Source: Camelus ferus
Lineage: Eukaryota
NCBI RefSeq assembly: GCF_009834535.1
Contig: NC_045697.1
Location: forward strand, 53,694,001 to 53,758,000
Length of the DNA stretch: 64,000 nucleotides
Reading direction: 5' to 3'
The notes under the pieces were generated by a model, which did not search any database, had not been told where the DNA came from, and worked only from the letters and a program-made list of their open reading frames with translations. Shown one piece after another: positions 11,266 through 24,544 of this stretch (the stretch's first letter is position 1; each line of letters begins with the position of its first letter). Made by a program: the position numbers and the translations under genes.

Positions 11266-12170
11266 ATGAGCAAGATGAAGAAACGGAAAAACCTTTCCCA
11301 ATTAAAACAACAAGAGAAACCCCCTGAAAGAAAGATCAACAAAATAGACATTGATAGCCTACTAGATCAAGATTTCAAAAAAGGAGTGATCGAATTGCTG
11401 AAGGAATTAAAAGAGATAGTGTTTAGAGATATAAAATATGTCAAAAATGAAATTGAAGCTATAAAGAAGAGCCAAGTAGAATGGGTAAACTCATTGACAG
11501 AGATGAGGAATGATCTAATAGCTGTGCAAAGCCGACTAGATAATGCAGAGGAACGAATTAGTGATCTAGAAGACAGGGCAATAGAAAGCACCCATTCAGA
11601 AGAACTACAAGATAAGCAAGTAAAAAATAATGAAAATAGCATAAGGGACCTATGGGATAACATAAAGCGTCCCAATCTTCGCATAATAGGGGTCCCAGAA
11701 GGAGAAGAAAGATCAAAGGGGATTGAAAAGGTTTTTGAAGAAATCATGACTGAAAACTTCCCAAACTTAAAGAAGGAATCAGATATCCAAGTACAGGAAG
11801 CTCAGAGGGTCCCAAACAGGAAGAACCCAAATAGACCCACACCAAGACATATCATAATCAAGATGGCCAGAGTCAAGGATAAAGAAATGATTCTAAAGGC
11901 AGCAAGAGAAAAGCAAAGAGTAAGTTACAAGGGAACCCCCATAAGGCTCTCAGCTGATTTCTCTACACAAACATTACAGGCCAGAAGGGAGTGGCAAGAT
12001 ATATTCAAAGCCCTGAATGAAAAAAAGATGCAGCCTAGGATCCTTTATCCAGCAAGGCTATCCTTTAGGATAGAAGGAGAAATAAAGAGTTTCACAGACA
12101 AAAAAAAAAGCTGCAGGAGTTTAGCAACACTAAACCCATGCTAAAAGAAATATTGAAAGGGCTATTCTAA
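11266..12170 (+). pseudogene. L1-B ORF1p (RNA-binding chaperone), frameshifted in an A-run near its end
   Basis: The 292-aa ORF has a coiled coil plus the RPNLRIIGVPE, RPTPRHIIIK and ARREW/YPARLS motifs. An A10 run at about 12100-12109 shifts it off the normal KLQEFSNTKPMLKEILKGLF* ending (TAA 12168-12170). Confidence 0.9.
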
Positions 12171-12574
12171 ATAGAAAAGCAGCAGGATGCTACAGAAATG
12201 AGAAACACACAACTGGAAAGGTGATAACTCATGAATTACAAATAAAGTAAACATGAAATTATAAAAGAAGACATACAAATCACTGAGAGTGGGAGAGGGA
12301 GGCAGGGAAATATAGAATATCTTTTTCTTTCTTTTTAAAATTTTTTTAACAGTAGGATGGGTTTGAGATCATATTACTATCAGTTTAATAAAAACAGTTA
12401 TAGTAATGGGTTAATAGATTTACAAAAAAGGGTAACCACAAGCCAAAAATTTACAAAGGAGTCACAAAAACTAAATAAAATCCATGAAAATACAAAGGAA
12501 AATTACCAAACCACAAAAGGAAGAAGAAAGGAACAAAGAGGATATACCAATTCAACTGCAAAGATAAGTTCAAA

Positions 12575-15500
12575 ACGGCAATAAACACACATCTATCATT
12601 AATTACTGTAAATATTAATGGACTAAATGCTCCAGTCAAAAGAATAGAGTGGCAGACTGGATAATAAAGCAAGAACCTTCAATATGCTGCATACAAGAGA
12701 CCCACTTTAGGGAGAAGGACACATATAGATTGAGAATGAAAGGATGGAAAAGGATATTCCATGCAAATGGAAAAGCCAAAAAAGCAGGTGTTGCAGTACT
12801 GATTTCAGGCAAAATAGACTTTAAAACAAAGGCCATAAAGAAAGATAAAGAAGGACATTTTATAATGATTAAAGGAGTGATACAAGATGAGGATATTACA
12901 CTCGTTAATATATATGCACCCAATATAGGAGCACCTAAGTACATACAAGAATTACTAACAGAGATAAAGGGGGATATTGATGGGAATACAATCATAGTTG
13001 GAAATTTTAACACTGCATTAACATCACTAGACAGATCTTCCAGACAGAAAATAAACAAGGCAACAGAGAAATTAAATACTACAATAGAAAAACTAGATTT
13101 GGTGGATATTTTCAGAGCATTACACCCTCAAGAAATAGGATATATATTCTTTTCAAGTGCACATGGAACATTTTCTAGGATCGATCATGTACTTGGGCAC
13201 AAAAGAAACCTCAACAATTTTAAGAAGACAGAAATTATCTCAAGCATCTTTACTGACCAGAATGCCATGAAACTGGAAATCAACAACAGAGAAACAAAAA
13301 GGAAAAAAGGAAAGGATGGAGAGTAAACAACAAGTTATTAAAAAACCAATGGGTCAATGATGAAATCAAAGCTGAAATTAAAAAATACCTTGATACAAAT
13401 GATAATGAAAGCACAACCACTCAAAACCTATGGGACACAGCAAAGGCAGTGCTAAGAGGGAAGTTTATAGCGATACAGGCCTTCCTCAAAAAAGAAGAAC
13501 AATCTCAAATAAACAATTTAACCCACCACCTGAATGAATTAGAAAAAGAAGAACAAAAAGCCCCAAAAAGCAGTAGAAGGAAGGAAATAATAAAGATCAG
13601 AGGGGAATTAAATACAATAGATTTTAACAAGACCATAGAAAAAATCAACCAAACCAAAAGCTGGTTTTTTGAAAAAGTAAATAAAATCGACAAACCTCTG
13701 GCCAAACTCACAAAGAAGAAAAAAGAGAGAGCACAAATTAGCAAAATAAGAAAGGAAAATGGAGAAATTACAACAAACAAAATAGAAATACAGAATATCA
13801 TACGAGAATATTATGAAAAACTATATGGAACCAAACTGGATAACCTAGAGGAGATGGACAAGTTTCTGGAAACATACTGTCCACCAAAACTAAATCAAGA
13901 AGAATCTGAACACTTGAACAATCCGATCACTAGAAAGGAAATAGAAATAGCAATTAAAAACCTCCCTACAAATAAAAGTCCAGGACCGGACGGCTTCACC
14001 AGGGAATTCTACCAAACATACACAGAGAACTCATACCAGTCCTTCTCAAACTCTTCCAGACGATTGAAAAGGAGGGAATACTCCCAAACTCATTCTATGA
14101 AGCCACCATCACCCTAATACCAAAACCAGGCAAAGACATTACAAAAAAAGAGAATTATAGGCCAATATCACTGATGAACATAGATGCCAAAATCCTCACC
14201 AAAATTTTAGCAAATAGAATCCAACAACACATAAAAAAGATTATACATCATGACCAAGTGGGGTTCATCCCAGGGACACAAGGCTGGTTCAACATATGCA
14301 AATCAATCAGTGTAATACATCACATCAACAAGAGAAAGGACAAAAACCACATGATCATCTCAATCAATGCAGAAAAAGCATTTGATAAAATTCAACACCC
14401 ATTTATGATAAAAATGCTTGCCAAAGTGGGTATAGAGGGAACATATCTCAACATAATAAAAGCTATATATGACAAACCTACAGCCAGCATAGTACTCAAT
14501 GGTGAAAAACTCAAAAGCTTCCCACTAAAATCTGGGACAAGACAAGGATGCCCACTATCACCACTCCTATTCAACATAGTCCTGGAAGTCCTAGCCACAG
14601 CAGTCAGGCAAGAGAAAGAAATAAAAGGGATCCAAATTGGAAAAGAAGAGGTAAAAGTGTCATTATATGCTGATGACATGTTACTATATATAGAAAACCC
14701 TAAAAGGGCCACACAAAAGCTACTAGAGCTGATTGAAGAATTTAGCAAGGTAGCACGTTACAAAATTAACGTTCAAAAATCAGTTGCATTTCTTTACACT
14801 AACGATAAATCAACAGAAGAAGAAAGTAAAGAAACAATCCCCTTTAAAATAGCACCCAATGTAATAAAATATCTGGGAATAAATCTAGCCAAGGAGGTGA
14901 AAGAATTATACAGAGAAAACTATAAACCATTGATGAAGGAAATTAAAGAAGACTTTAAAAAATGGAAAGATATTCCATGCTCTTGGATTGGAAGAATCAA
15001 TATTGTTAAAATGGTCACACTCCCCAAGGCAATCTACAGATTTAATGCAATCCCTATCCAATTACCCAGGACATATTTCACAGAATAGAACAAATCATAA
15101 TAAAATTCATATGGAACCATCAAAGACCTAGAATTGCCAAAGCATTACTGAAGAGAAAGAAAGAGGCTGGAGGAATAACTCTCCCAGACTTCAGACAATA
15201 CTATAGAGCTACAGTCATCAAGACAGCATGGTATTGGTACCAAAACAGACATATAGACCAACGGAACAGAATAGAGAGCCCAGAAATGAACCCACAAACT
15301 TTTGGTCAACTCATCTTTGACAAAGGAGGCAAGAATATACAATGGAATAAAGACAGTCTCTTCAGCAAATAGTGTTGGGAAAACTGGACAGCAGCATGTA
15401 AAACAATGAAGCTAGAACACTCCCTTACACCATATACAAAAATCAACTCAAAATGGATTAAAGACTTAAACATAAGACAAGATACAATAAACCTCCTAGA

Positions 15501-16368
15501 GGAAAACATAGGCAAAACATTATCTGACATACATTTAAAAAATTTTCTCCTAGAAGAAATAAAAGCAAGAATAAACAAATGGGACCTAATGAAACTTACA
15601 AGCTTCTGCACAGCAAAGGAAACCAGAAGTAAAACAAGAAGAAAACCTACGGAATGGGAGAAAATTTTTGCAAGTGAAACCGACAAAGGCTTGAGCTCCA
15701 GAATATATAAGCAGCTCATACGACTCAATAAGAAAAAAATAAACAACCCAATCCAAAAATGGGCAGAAGATATAAATAAGCAATTCTCCAAGGAAGACAT
15801 ACAAATGATCAAAAAGCACATGAAAAAATGCTCAATATCACTAATTATCAGAGAAATGCAAATCAAAACTACAATGAGGTATCACCTCACACCAGTCAGA
15901 ATGGCCGTCATTCAAAAATCCACAAATGACAAATGCTGGAGAGGCTGTGGAGAAAGGGGAACCCTTCTACACTGCTGGTGGGAATGCAGTTTGGTGCAGC
16001 CACTATGGAAAACAGTGTGGAGATTCCTCAAAAGACTAGGAATAGACTTACCATATGACCCAGGAATCCCACTCCTGGGCTTGTATCCAGAAGGAAATCT
16101 ACTTCAGGATGACACCTGCACCCCAATGTTCATAGCAGCACTATTTACAATAGCCAAAACATGGAAACAGCCTAAATGTCCATCAACAGGTGACTGGATA
16201 AAGAAGAAGTGGTATATTTATACAATGGAATACTACTCAGCCATAAAAACCGACAACATAATGCCATTTGCAGCAACATGGATGGTCCTACAGAATGTCA
16301 TTCTAAGTGAAGTAAGCCAGAAAGAGAAAGAAAAATACCATATGAGATCGCTCATATGTGGAATCTAA
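12575..16368 (+). pseudogene. L1-B ORF2p (endonuclease and reverse transcriptase), broken
   Basis: EN, RT (QGCPLSP, YADD at 14666-14677) and CCHC segments run across ORFs 12649, 13449, 14174 and 15406. The start is ACG rather than ATG. There are 1-nt deletions near 12643, 13300, 14025 and 15086, and a TAG at 15370-15372. Confidence 0.92.
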
Positions 16369-18362
16369 AAAACAAAACAAACAAACAAACAAAAACAAAG
16401 CGTAAATACAGGACAGAAATAGACTCACAGACAGAGAATACAGACTTGTGGTTACCAGGGGGGTGGAGGGTGGGAAGGGATAGCCTGGGATTTCAAAATT
16501 GTAGAATAGATAAACAAGATTATACTGTATAGCACAGGGAAATATACCCAAAATGTTATGGTAGCTCACAGAGAAAAAAATGTGACAATGAGTGTGTATA
16601 TGTCCATGAATGACTGAAAAATTGTGCTGAACACTGGAATTTGACACAACATTGTAAAATGATTATAAATCAATAAAAAATGTTAAAAAAAAAAAAAAAG
16701 ACAGAGAATAAACCAGTAAGCAAATAAATATATTATGTACTGCCAGGTACTTAAAAAAAAAAAAAAAAAAACTTATGCAGTAAAAGCCACCCAGAATAAA
16801 TAGTTTACAGGCCAAATTTGTGACATTTATTATAAATCACAGCCTTAATTCCCTTAAAATATCTGGGCCAATATCAGAAATAAAATTAACTTTATACTCA
16901 AAATTTAAGTGTCCCACATAAAAATAATGTTAATATATGTTATTGCCATTCATTAGGTTTTGAATGAAAATAGGAAGAAATAAACAATAAGAAGCTTTGA
17001 AAAGCTATTTTCTTAAGAGGTGAAATTAATAAAGCAAGTCAAATATAAGAGCATGAGGCAGAGATAAAAAGAATATAAGACTTAAAATCATTTTTCCTAA
17101 GTCTGTCTCTCAATCAATTAATGTACTATTACAAGAAAAAAAAAAGTTTAATAGATCAGAATCTTAACTGAGGCTTAAACTTAGGGGACTTGTCTGTGTT
17201 GGAAATATGAAACACCAGAAAAAGTTGCAGTTAATAACTTGAGGGTTCTTTTTTATGTACATAGAGGTGATTTAACAAGAGCACTTTCCATCTTTTACCA
17301 AATCAATTACATGTAACCTCACAGTCAGTTGTATATCATATGTAGCCTATATAATCAGAAAAGCCCACACACCAAGAGACTTCCTGGAAATGCCAAGAAG
17401 AAAAGTAGACCAACTCAGTAACAGATGCATTGGACTTGGATGGCATACAAATTCAAGAAGCTGAGCTACATAGACTCCTTTCATTTTGTTCAAGGATCTA
17501 TTTCCTATTTCCTATTTCAGATTATTTTAAATACTTGTCTTCTATCAACTCCCCCAAAACAACAATAATACAACAAAACAAACAAAAAACCCCACAGTTA
17601 ATCAAGCAGGGCTAGGTTTATGTGACTTATTACAGGAAGGGGGAACTGCGTTTTGGTACTGTTTCAGAAGAGAGAAGTCATGGGAAGGTAATTCTAAGGT
17701 GTTGGGGCCTGGTTGGTGATATCTTCAAGAGCTTTGTAAAGGAAGGAACTGGTTGGAAATGTGCAGAGTTCAGGACAGAACTTTGGATTGCTGGATAAGG
17801 TGAGGTGAGGTGAGTTCCTGAACCTTGTCCTGTTGCACAAGCCATGTGTTTTAATAATTACACAATTTGACTTGGTCAAAATCCTGTTATCCTGGGACTA
17901 ACTGCTAAGTCATTGTTGTTGGATCTTAGTATTATTTAATACAGAACTAGAAAAAAAAAATTCCTGGTCCTACTGTTTGAGACATGGAATAAAATTTACA
18001 CTGTTTTTACAACTCACTGAAGAAAATTAAACCTGTGTCATCACAATGTGAAAGGTTCTTCACGAGAGACTTTCTCTTTGCTGCCATGTCTTACTGATAA
18101 CTAATAAATAAATCATCATACTTGCCTAGTAATCAATGATTATACACTGGTTAAAGAAAATAGATTTCATACCACACATCTCTTTCTAAAGGGTTCTATT
18201 GGTTTGCATGTTAGAAGATAAGACAATTCTAACAGTGCTTCTCTCTTTAGAAACATGCATTCATTCTCTTCAAACAAACTGAAAAAAGAGAAAATAATTA
18301 AATAAACAAGAACTCTCTCTTCGCTGATGCCCTTTCACAGTACAAAAACTATTACTTTTCAG

Positions 18363-18494
18363 GAGATCGAAGAGTTTATCCAGAGCTCCAGAGAAGATGG
18401 CATTGTAGTATTTACTTTGGGGTCAATGGTCCAAAACCTTCCCAAAGAAAGAGCTAGCATGATTGCATCAGCCCTAGCCCAGATTCCACAGAAG
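18363..18494 (+). pseudogene. UGT2 pseudogene exon 3
   Basis: ttttcag|[44 protein letters not shown]|gtctga. 132 nt, the same length as exon 3 of the intact gene. Confidence 0.93.
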
Positions 18495-20426
18495 GTCTGA
18501 TAAATTGCCTTCGTACTGAACAACTACTTGAGTGAGTCTCTAAGTTTGGTAGAGTGGATCCATTAACATCGTTTTTGAAAAGAGAGAGAATTTCATAAGG
18601 CAGTTAAGTCAAAATGAACTGGTATGATTGTTTTTCTCTTTAAGTTGCATCTTAAAATGGTGCAAGGGGAACACATTTGCTTAAATATTCCTTTCAAGTT
18701 TTACTTTGTTCTCAGAGACATTCATATATTAAAGATCAGTGCTATTAAGTTAATAGGAAGAACACAAGGATGCCCAAAATTTACCCCACATATCAAAATT
18801 TTTCCCAGTGGACTTCCTGGGGGGCTGTGGAAATTATGAGCAGCAGAGCAGCATCACAGAACTGTTCAATTGGTAGCTGTGCTCGATATTCAATGTTCAA
18901 AATAGAATTTTGCTGAGTTGAAGCAAAAAGATTTCAAGTCCTTCCCTTCTTCTCCTCCTCCCTCTTCTCCCAAGATGAAAACAGCATATATCTTAAAACT
19001 AATCCTTGAGAAAAAGACCAAAAGAGAACCCTGAGGGCCAGGCTTTCTTTCCTGTTACAGCAGGAAAGGGCAACAGGAAGAGGCACCGGCTCTGACTTTA
19101 AGGTCTCCTAGTCCTGCCCATTAGCAGCTTGGCCTAATCAACATACTGTTCTGACCAACTGGATTAACAACTACTTTCTGAGAGGTGGGGAGGAAGAGGA
19201 GAGGCAAAAACCAGGAAGGCACGGGGAGAGTCAGGGTTAAGCACACAGAAAATTACAGAAGTCCTCCTTCCCATAAAATGCTGTAGTTATGTTTATGACA
19301 GTACAAGTTCAGTCTGCACTCTCTCACTAGCTGTGAACTACTTGCCACCTTCGCGCATGATATAAACTGCCCCAGACAACCCACAGTCCTTTTACCTTTG
19401 AAAGCCTGGAATCGGGCTGACTGCCTTGACAAGTAATAGACAGTCATCTATCTGCCTTTAAAAAAAAAATGAATTGAGAAGTATTTCAGCATCAGTCATT
19501 TCTTAGGGCTGGATATAGCATCTTTAATACATTCTAAATTAGTGTTTTCTATTGTATAAAATGCAATTCTTGCTCTTGACAGCACAAACTGCTAATCTGC
19601 CTACTTTAGCTTATAATGATCAAGGAAAATTAATGTGGCTTTGTTCATTTTTTAAAAAATGTTATCACTTGTATAATTCTGCAGTTACTAGCTTTGTATA
19701 ATAAATATGTAAAACTGTGCATGGATATTTCCACTATTAATGCCTTGGTAGGAAAAATACTGAGATAATGCCAGGGAAATTTACACTTAAAAGATTATAT
19801 GAAGCAGTGATTTTCCAACATTTAACCTAAAATACTTTATATTCCCTCTATCAGTAGAAGAAACTTTATCCCTTTTTCCCAAGTAGAAGAAAGTATACTT
19901 CTGAGAATACAGAATAGAAAGACATAAATATTCATTAAAATACTTCATGAAGAACGTGAACATAGCAAATTCTCACTTATTCTTCCCAGAAACTGCTAAG
20001 CAAGCAAAGCCTCCTCCAGAGTAAAACCACAAGGTTGCTGTAGAAGATAGTCGCATGAAACAAAGTGGTAGAAATTTCAGTCAACTTTGTGTTTACACTC
20101 CAGTTCTGATTGATTCATGAATGCTTTTAACTATTAAAATACATCATTTACAAATGAATTTACCTCAGCTCTTTACAACTAATAATAACATGTTGTAGTA
20201 AACTCTACGAAAAGATAGTTGATAAACAGGTTCCCAGGTTTTTGGTACTTTAATTTTTTTTAAACTATACAACAGCACTCATTATTTAACATTTCTGGGA
20301 AGAAATGTTCACATCTGTTAATTGAAGGAAGCTGGGCAAGACGCCTTCCTAGTAGACTTTAACCTCTATAATGCTCTAAGCCTGTGATCATATTCACGGA
20401 GTAGAGCATTTTCTTTGTCTTAACAG

Positions 20427-20507
20427 GTTCTGTGGAGGTTGAGGAGAAGCCAGACACACTGGGAAACAATACTTGGCTCTATGAGTGGATCCCACAGAAT
20501 GATCTTG
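20427..20507 (+). pseudogene. UGT2 pseudogene exon 4, frameshifted, donor lost
   Basis: taacag|VLWR..KPDTLGNNTWLYEWIPQNDL. 81 nt against 88 nt in the intact gene (a 4-nt and a 3-nt deletion). It is followed by TTAAG rather than GT at the homologous junction. Confidence 0.85.
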
Positions 20508-21196
20508 TTAAGATGGTGGCAAACAAGTAGTAAATTCTAATTAAGAGAAAATCTCAGGGAAAATAGTGGAACAGCAATGTAATGCACCATTTGCTTTTGA
20601 AAACATCCACAACCAGGTGCTAACTGTCTCTCACCCGTAAATTTTCAATAGCTTCTTGACTGATCTTCTTGCCTCCACAGTCTTCCACCTCATATATCTA
20701 CTGCTATTCTAGTTCTTTTGTCTAATTTAATATTGGAAATATCCATACTGTTCTATGAACTTTCCGTGCCTCACACTGCCTACAAAATAAAGTACATCCG
20801 ATAGAATATGACTTTTTGATCAACCCATCCATTATTTGTCCTCTATTCCAAACATCCCCTGAGATTCTCCATATATTATCAGAACAAATCATTCCCTGTA
20901 CATTTAAGAGACAATGGTTCTTCACTCCATGATTCTGAACATGGTGTTTTTTGAATCAGGAACCACTCCCACACTTGTCAACTGGCCAAAACAACACTAT
21001 ACTAATATGCCTTCTAAGGTAATTTTCCTTTCTTTCATTTCCTCAGACAGACTTTCTTTGGAAATCCACAAATGTTTATAGAATCCCATGAGCATAGTAG
21101 TCCTATGCAGAAAATATTGCCCTCTTTATTGGCTTATACTATCAATTTCTAACGATGGGACTTAGAATTTACTGTTTTCATTGATCTCTTTCTTAG

Positions 21197-21416
21197 GTCA
21201 CCCCAAAACCAAAGCTTTTATTACTCATGGTGGTGTCAATGGCATCTATGAAGCCATTTACCATGGGATTCCCATTGTGGGACTCCCCACGTTTGTTAAC
21301 CAACCTGATAACATTGCTCACATGACGGCCAAGGGAGCAGCTATTAGACTGGACTTGAACACAGTGTCAAGTACAGATTTGTTTGATGCATTTAAGACCA
21401 TCATTAATGACCCTTT
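21197..21416 (+). pseudogene. UGT2 pseudogene exon 5 (UDP-sugar signature)
   Basis: tcttag|(G)[38 protein letters not shown]...INDP|gtgagt. 220 nt. The conserved DQ is changed to NQ. Confidence 0.95.
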
Positions 21417-21701
21417 GTGAGTATAAACTTTTTTAACTGAGTAGTATTTATAGATAAGTTCTCTTTTCAAGTATGAGCTTTTTTCTCCTTATTAAAAAAC
21501 TGATTTTGAAGTAATTAAAATGATATAACCAAACTGAAATTCACTTTTACATTCAACCAGTTATTTCAAAGTAGCATTTTAATCCTCTGGATTGATAAGC
21601 AACTAGTTAGTGCAACAATTTTCTATGCAAAGAAAAAATTCAAAGCTATATAGTTTATATTAAGGCACACATTTTTATGTTGTATTAGTTGCTGATGTAC
21701 A

Positions 21702-22090
21702 GCATGGATGGACTTGGAAGGCATCATGCTAAGTGAAATAAGTCAGACAAAGACAAATAGTATAAGATACCACTTACATGTGGAATCTAAAAAAATACAA
21801 CAAACTAGTGAATATAACAGAAAAGAAACAGACTTAACAGATGTAGAGAAGGAACTAGTGGTTACCAGTGGGGAGAGAGAAAAGAGAGGGGGAAGATGGA
21901 GGTGGAGGATTAAGAGGTACAAACTACCAGGTATAAAATAAGCTACAAGAATGTATTGTACAACATGAGAAATACAGCCAATATTTTATAATAACTATAG
22001 ATGGAGTATAACCTGTAAAAATTGTGAATCACTGTATTGTGTACCTGTAACATATAATATTGTACATTAACTATATCTCAGTTTAAAAAT
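21702..22090 (+). mobile_element. Older L1 3' end fragment (ORF2 end and 3'UTR)
   Basis: WMDLEGIMLSEISQ, CACTTACATGTGGAATCTAAAAA, GTGGTTACCAGTGGGGAG and an L1MA-type tail. Confidence 0.8.
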
Positions 22091-22249
22091 ATGATACTGT
22101 AAAAGAAATACATACATTTTAAAAAGTAAAGAGCAAAAAAAAAAGCATGTATTTTTAAAAATATGACTGAATCCACAGAAGACTGAAAAATGTTAAAGAA
22201 AATAGTTTAATTTAATACTTCAAATTTCCAAAACTATAAAAATACTAAA

Positions 22250-23090
22250 AATGACTAATCTTTCTGCCTCTATGGAGCTGCCTATTCTGAACACTTTATA
22301 TAAATGGCGTCATCCAGTATGTGGCCTTTTGCAATTGACTTCTTTTTCTTAGCAACTTTAACTTTTTAGTTGCATTCACATTCCAGCATGTATCAGTACT
22401 TTGTTCCTTTATATCGTTCAGTAATATCCTATGGCATGAATATAACACATTCATTATTAATGTACCACATTCATTATTAATGTGGTATTAATTTTAATTA
22501 ATTATTATGAGCTATTAATATATTCACCAGTTTTGTCTATCATGAACAATGATGCTACAAAACACTGTTATACATATTTTGGTGTGAACATATGCTTTTA
22601 TTGCTTTTTGGTATATATCTTGGTATCATATACTGGGTCATATGATAACTTTATGTTTATGAGGAGCTACCAAACTATCTTCCAAAATAGTCACATCATT
22701 TCACATTCCCACCAACAGTGTCTAAGAGTTCCAATCCTCTGTAACATTGCCAATACACATATTATATATTATTATAATTTTATTATAGTCATTCTAGTGG
22801 GTGTGAAGTGGTCTCTTTGTGGTCTTGATTTGCATTTTACTCATGTTTACTAATGTTGAGAATATTTTCATGTACTTATTGGCTATTTTTATATCTTCTT
22901 TGGAGACATTTCTCTTCCAATTCTTTACCCTGTTTTTAGTTGGGTTATCTGTCTTTTTATTATTAAACTGTTAGAACTCTTTTGTATCATATACACATGT
23001 CCTTTATCAGATAAATGATTTGAAAATATATTCTCAAGTAGTAAGTTATTTTTCTTGCCAGTGTCCTTAGAAACACAATTTTTAAAAAAA
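22250..23090 (-). mobile_element. Ancient L1 3' fragment
   Basis: Degenerate antisense L1 motifs (CATTCCCACCAACAGTG, TTGATTTGCATTT, CCTTTATCAGATA). Boundaries are approximate. Confidence 0.65.
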
Positions 23091-23149
23091 TTGATGGAAT
23101 AAATCTTTAATAATTAAGTGTTTCCATACTCAGCTGAGTCTGTTAAAAC

Positions 23150-24460
23150 TGTTAAAACTTCCTAGAAAGGCAACTCCCAGCACAGATGCCTTCACTAGTG
23201 AATACTTTCAAGTACTTAAAAAAGAAATACCACCAATCTTCCACAAACTCTTCCAGATAATCTCATACTAACACTCTCCAAGTCATTTTATGAGGACATA
23301 ATATCCTTAATATCAGACCCAGATAAAGATATTACAACACAAAAGAATTTAAAAACAATTCCTTCCCTAAATCAAATATAAAAGAACTAAATAGAGTATC
23401 ATATGAAAAGAACAAAACATCATGGCCAAAATGGGTTTATTACAAGATTCCATTATTGTTATTCCATTTTTCCATATTATTCCATTATTCCAAGATTCCT
23501 ATATGTATAAAAATCAATAAAAATTATTCAATGAATTGTCAAAATAAAAGAAAAAAAAATATTATGACCATTCCAATGTTTCAGAAAAATTGATAAAAGT
23601 CAACATCCATTCATAATACTTTAAAAAAAAAAAAACCTTTTGCAAACTAGAAATAGAAAGAAATGCCCTTAATCTTATAATGATTATATAAAATCCCTAT
23701 AAAATATTACACTCACTGGCAAAATATATACAGCTTTATCCTCTTCATTAGTCATCAGGAAAATATAAACTAAAACTTCACTATTAACTCATCATAAAAA
23801 CTAAAATTTAAGGACTATCCCTATCAAGCATTGACAAGAATGTGGAGAAATAGGGACTCTCCCATACTACTGGTGAGAACACAAGTTAATAAACCACTTC
23901 AGAAAACTGTTTAGTGATAGCAATGAAACCCAAACATACATGCACCTTTCCCTCAGCCAATCCATTCCTTGATATATGACTAACAAAAATGTATAACTAT
24001 GTAAACCAAAAGACATATACAAGAGTTATTGCAACCACATTAATAGTAATGGCCAAAAAACTGTGTATAATCTAAATGTGCATTGATCAAAGAATGAATT
24101 AATTATTTGTGGTATTGTCATACATGGGAATACTATACAACAATGGAATTAGCCACCATTTGCTACACAGGACAGACACAGAAAAGTATATACTAAATGA
24201 TTCCAATATATATACAAGTATAATACTTCTATGGTGTTAGAAGTCAGGCTACTACTTACTTTGGGGAAGACAGAAGTGACTGGAGGCATCCACAAGGAAG
24301 GGGTACTTCTGGGGAGCTTACAGTACTCTATAGCATGATCAGGGCAGGGAGCTATCATTGTGTTTCACTTGGTGATCATTTTCTAGCTAATTTTGAATTT
24401 TGAGCTCTTTGCTTGGGATTTGTGCAGTTTTCATACATATTTTATACTTAAAGGTTTTAG
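23150..24460 (+). mobile_element. Ancient L1 (ORF2 and 3' remnants)
   Basis: Degenerate sense motifs (TTCACTAGTGAATACTTTCAA, AAACTCTTCCAGA, ACTCTCCCATACTACTGGTGAGA, TGGGAATACTATACAACAATG). Boundaries are approximate. Confidence 0.6.
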
Positions 24461-24544
24461 AAAATATAACATTTAAATTTTCCTGCACATTAAATAGCAA
24501 AATAAACAACAAAAACAATAGAAGAAATGCCCACAACTACTATC

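Larger units (their letters stand above)
9590..16699 (+). mobile_element. Full-length young LINE-1 (L1-B), nearly intact, CpG-rich 5'UTR
   Basis: Starts ...GAAGATGGCAGAGTAGAAGG. It has a roughly 1.7-kb 5'UTR with many retained CpGs, ORF1, a 400-nt spacer, ORF2, a 3'UTR, AATAAA and poly(A) ending at 16699. Only a weak 7-bp TSD candidate, ACAGAGA (9583-9589 and 16701-16707). Confidence 0.97.

Noticed and set aside
21295..21303. DQ->NQ in the sugar-binding motif as a change of donor specificity
   Set aside because: It occurs in a pseudogene and cannot be distinguished from neutral decay.
22446..22487. 18-bp direct repeat CACATTCATTATTAATGT with a 9-bp hairpin (TACCACATT/AATGTGGTA)
   Set aside because: A two-copy local slippage or template-switch scar inside an old L1. 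It is not an array and shows no sign of function.
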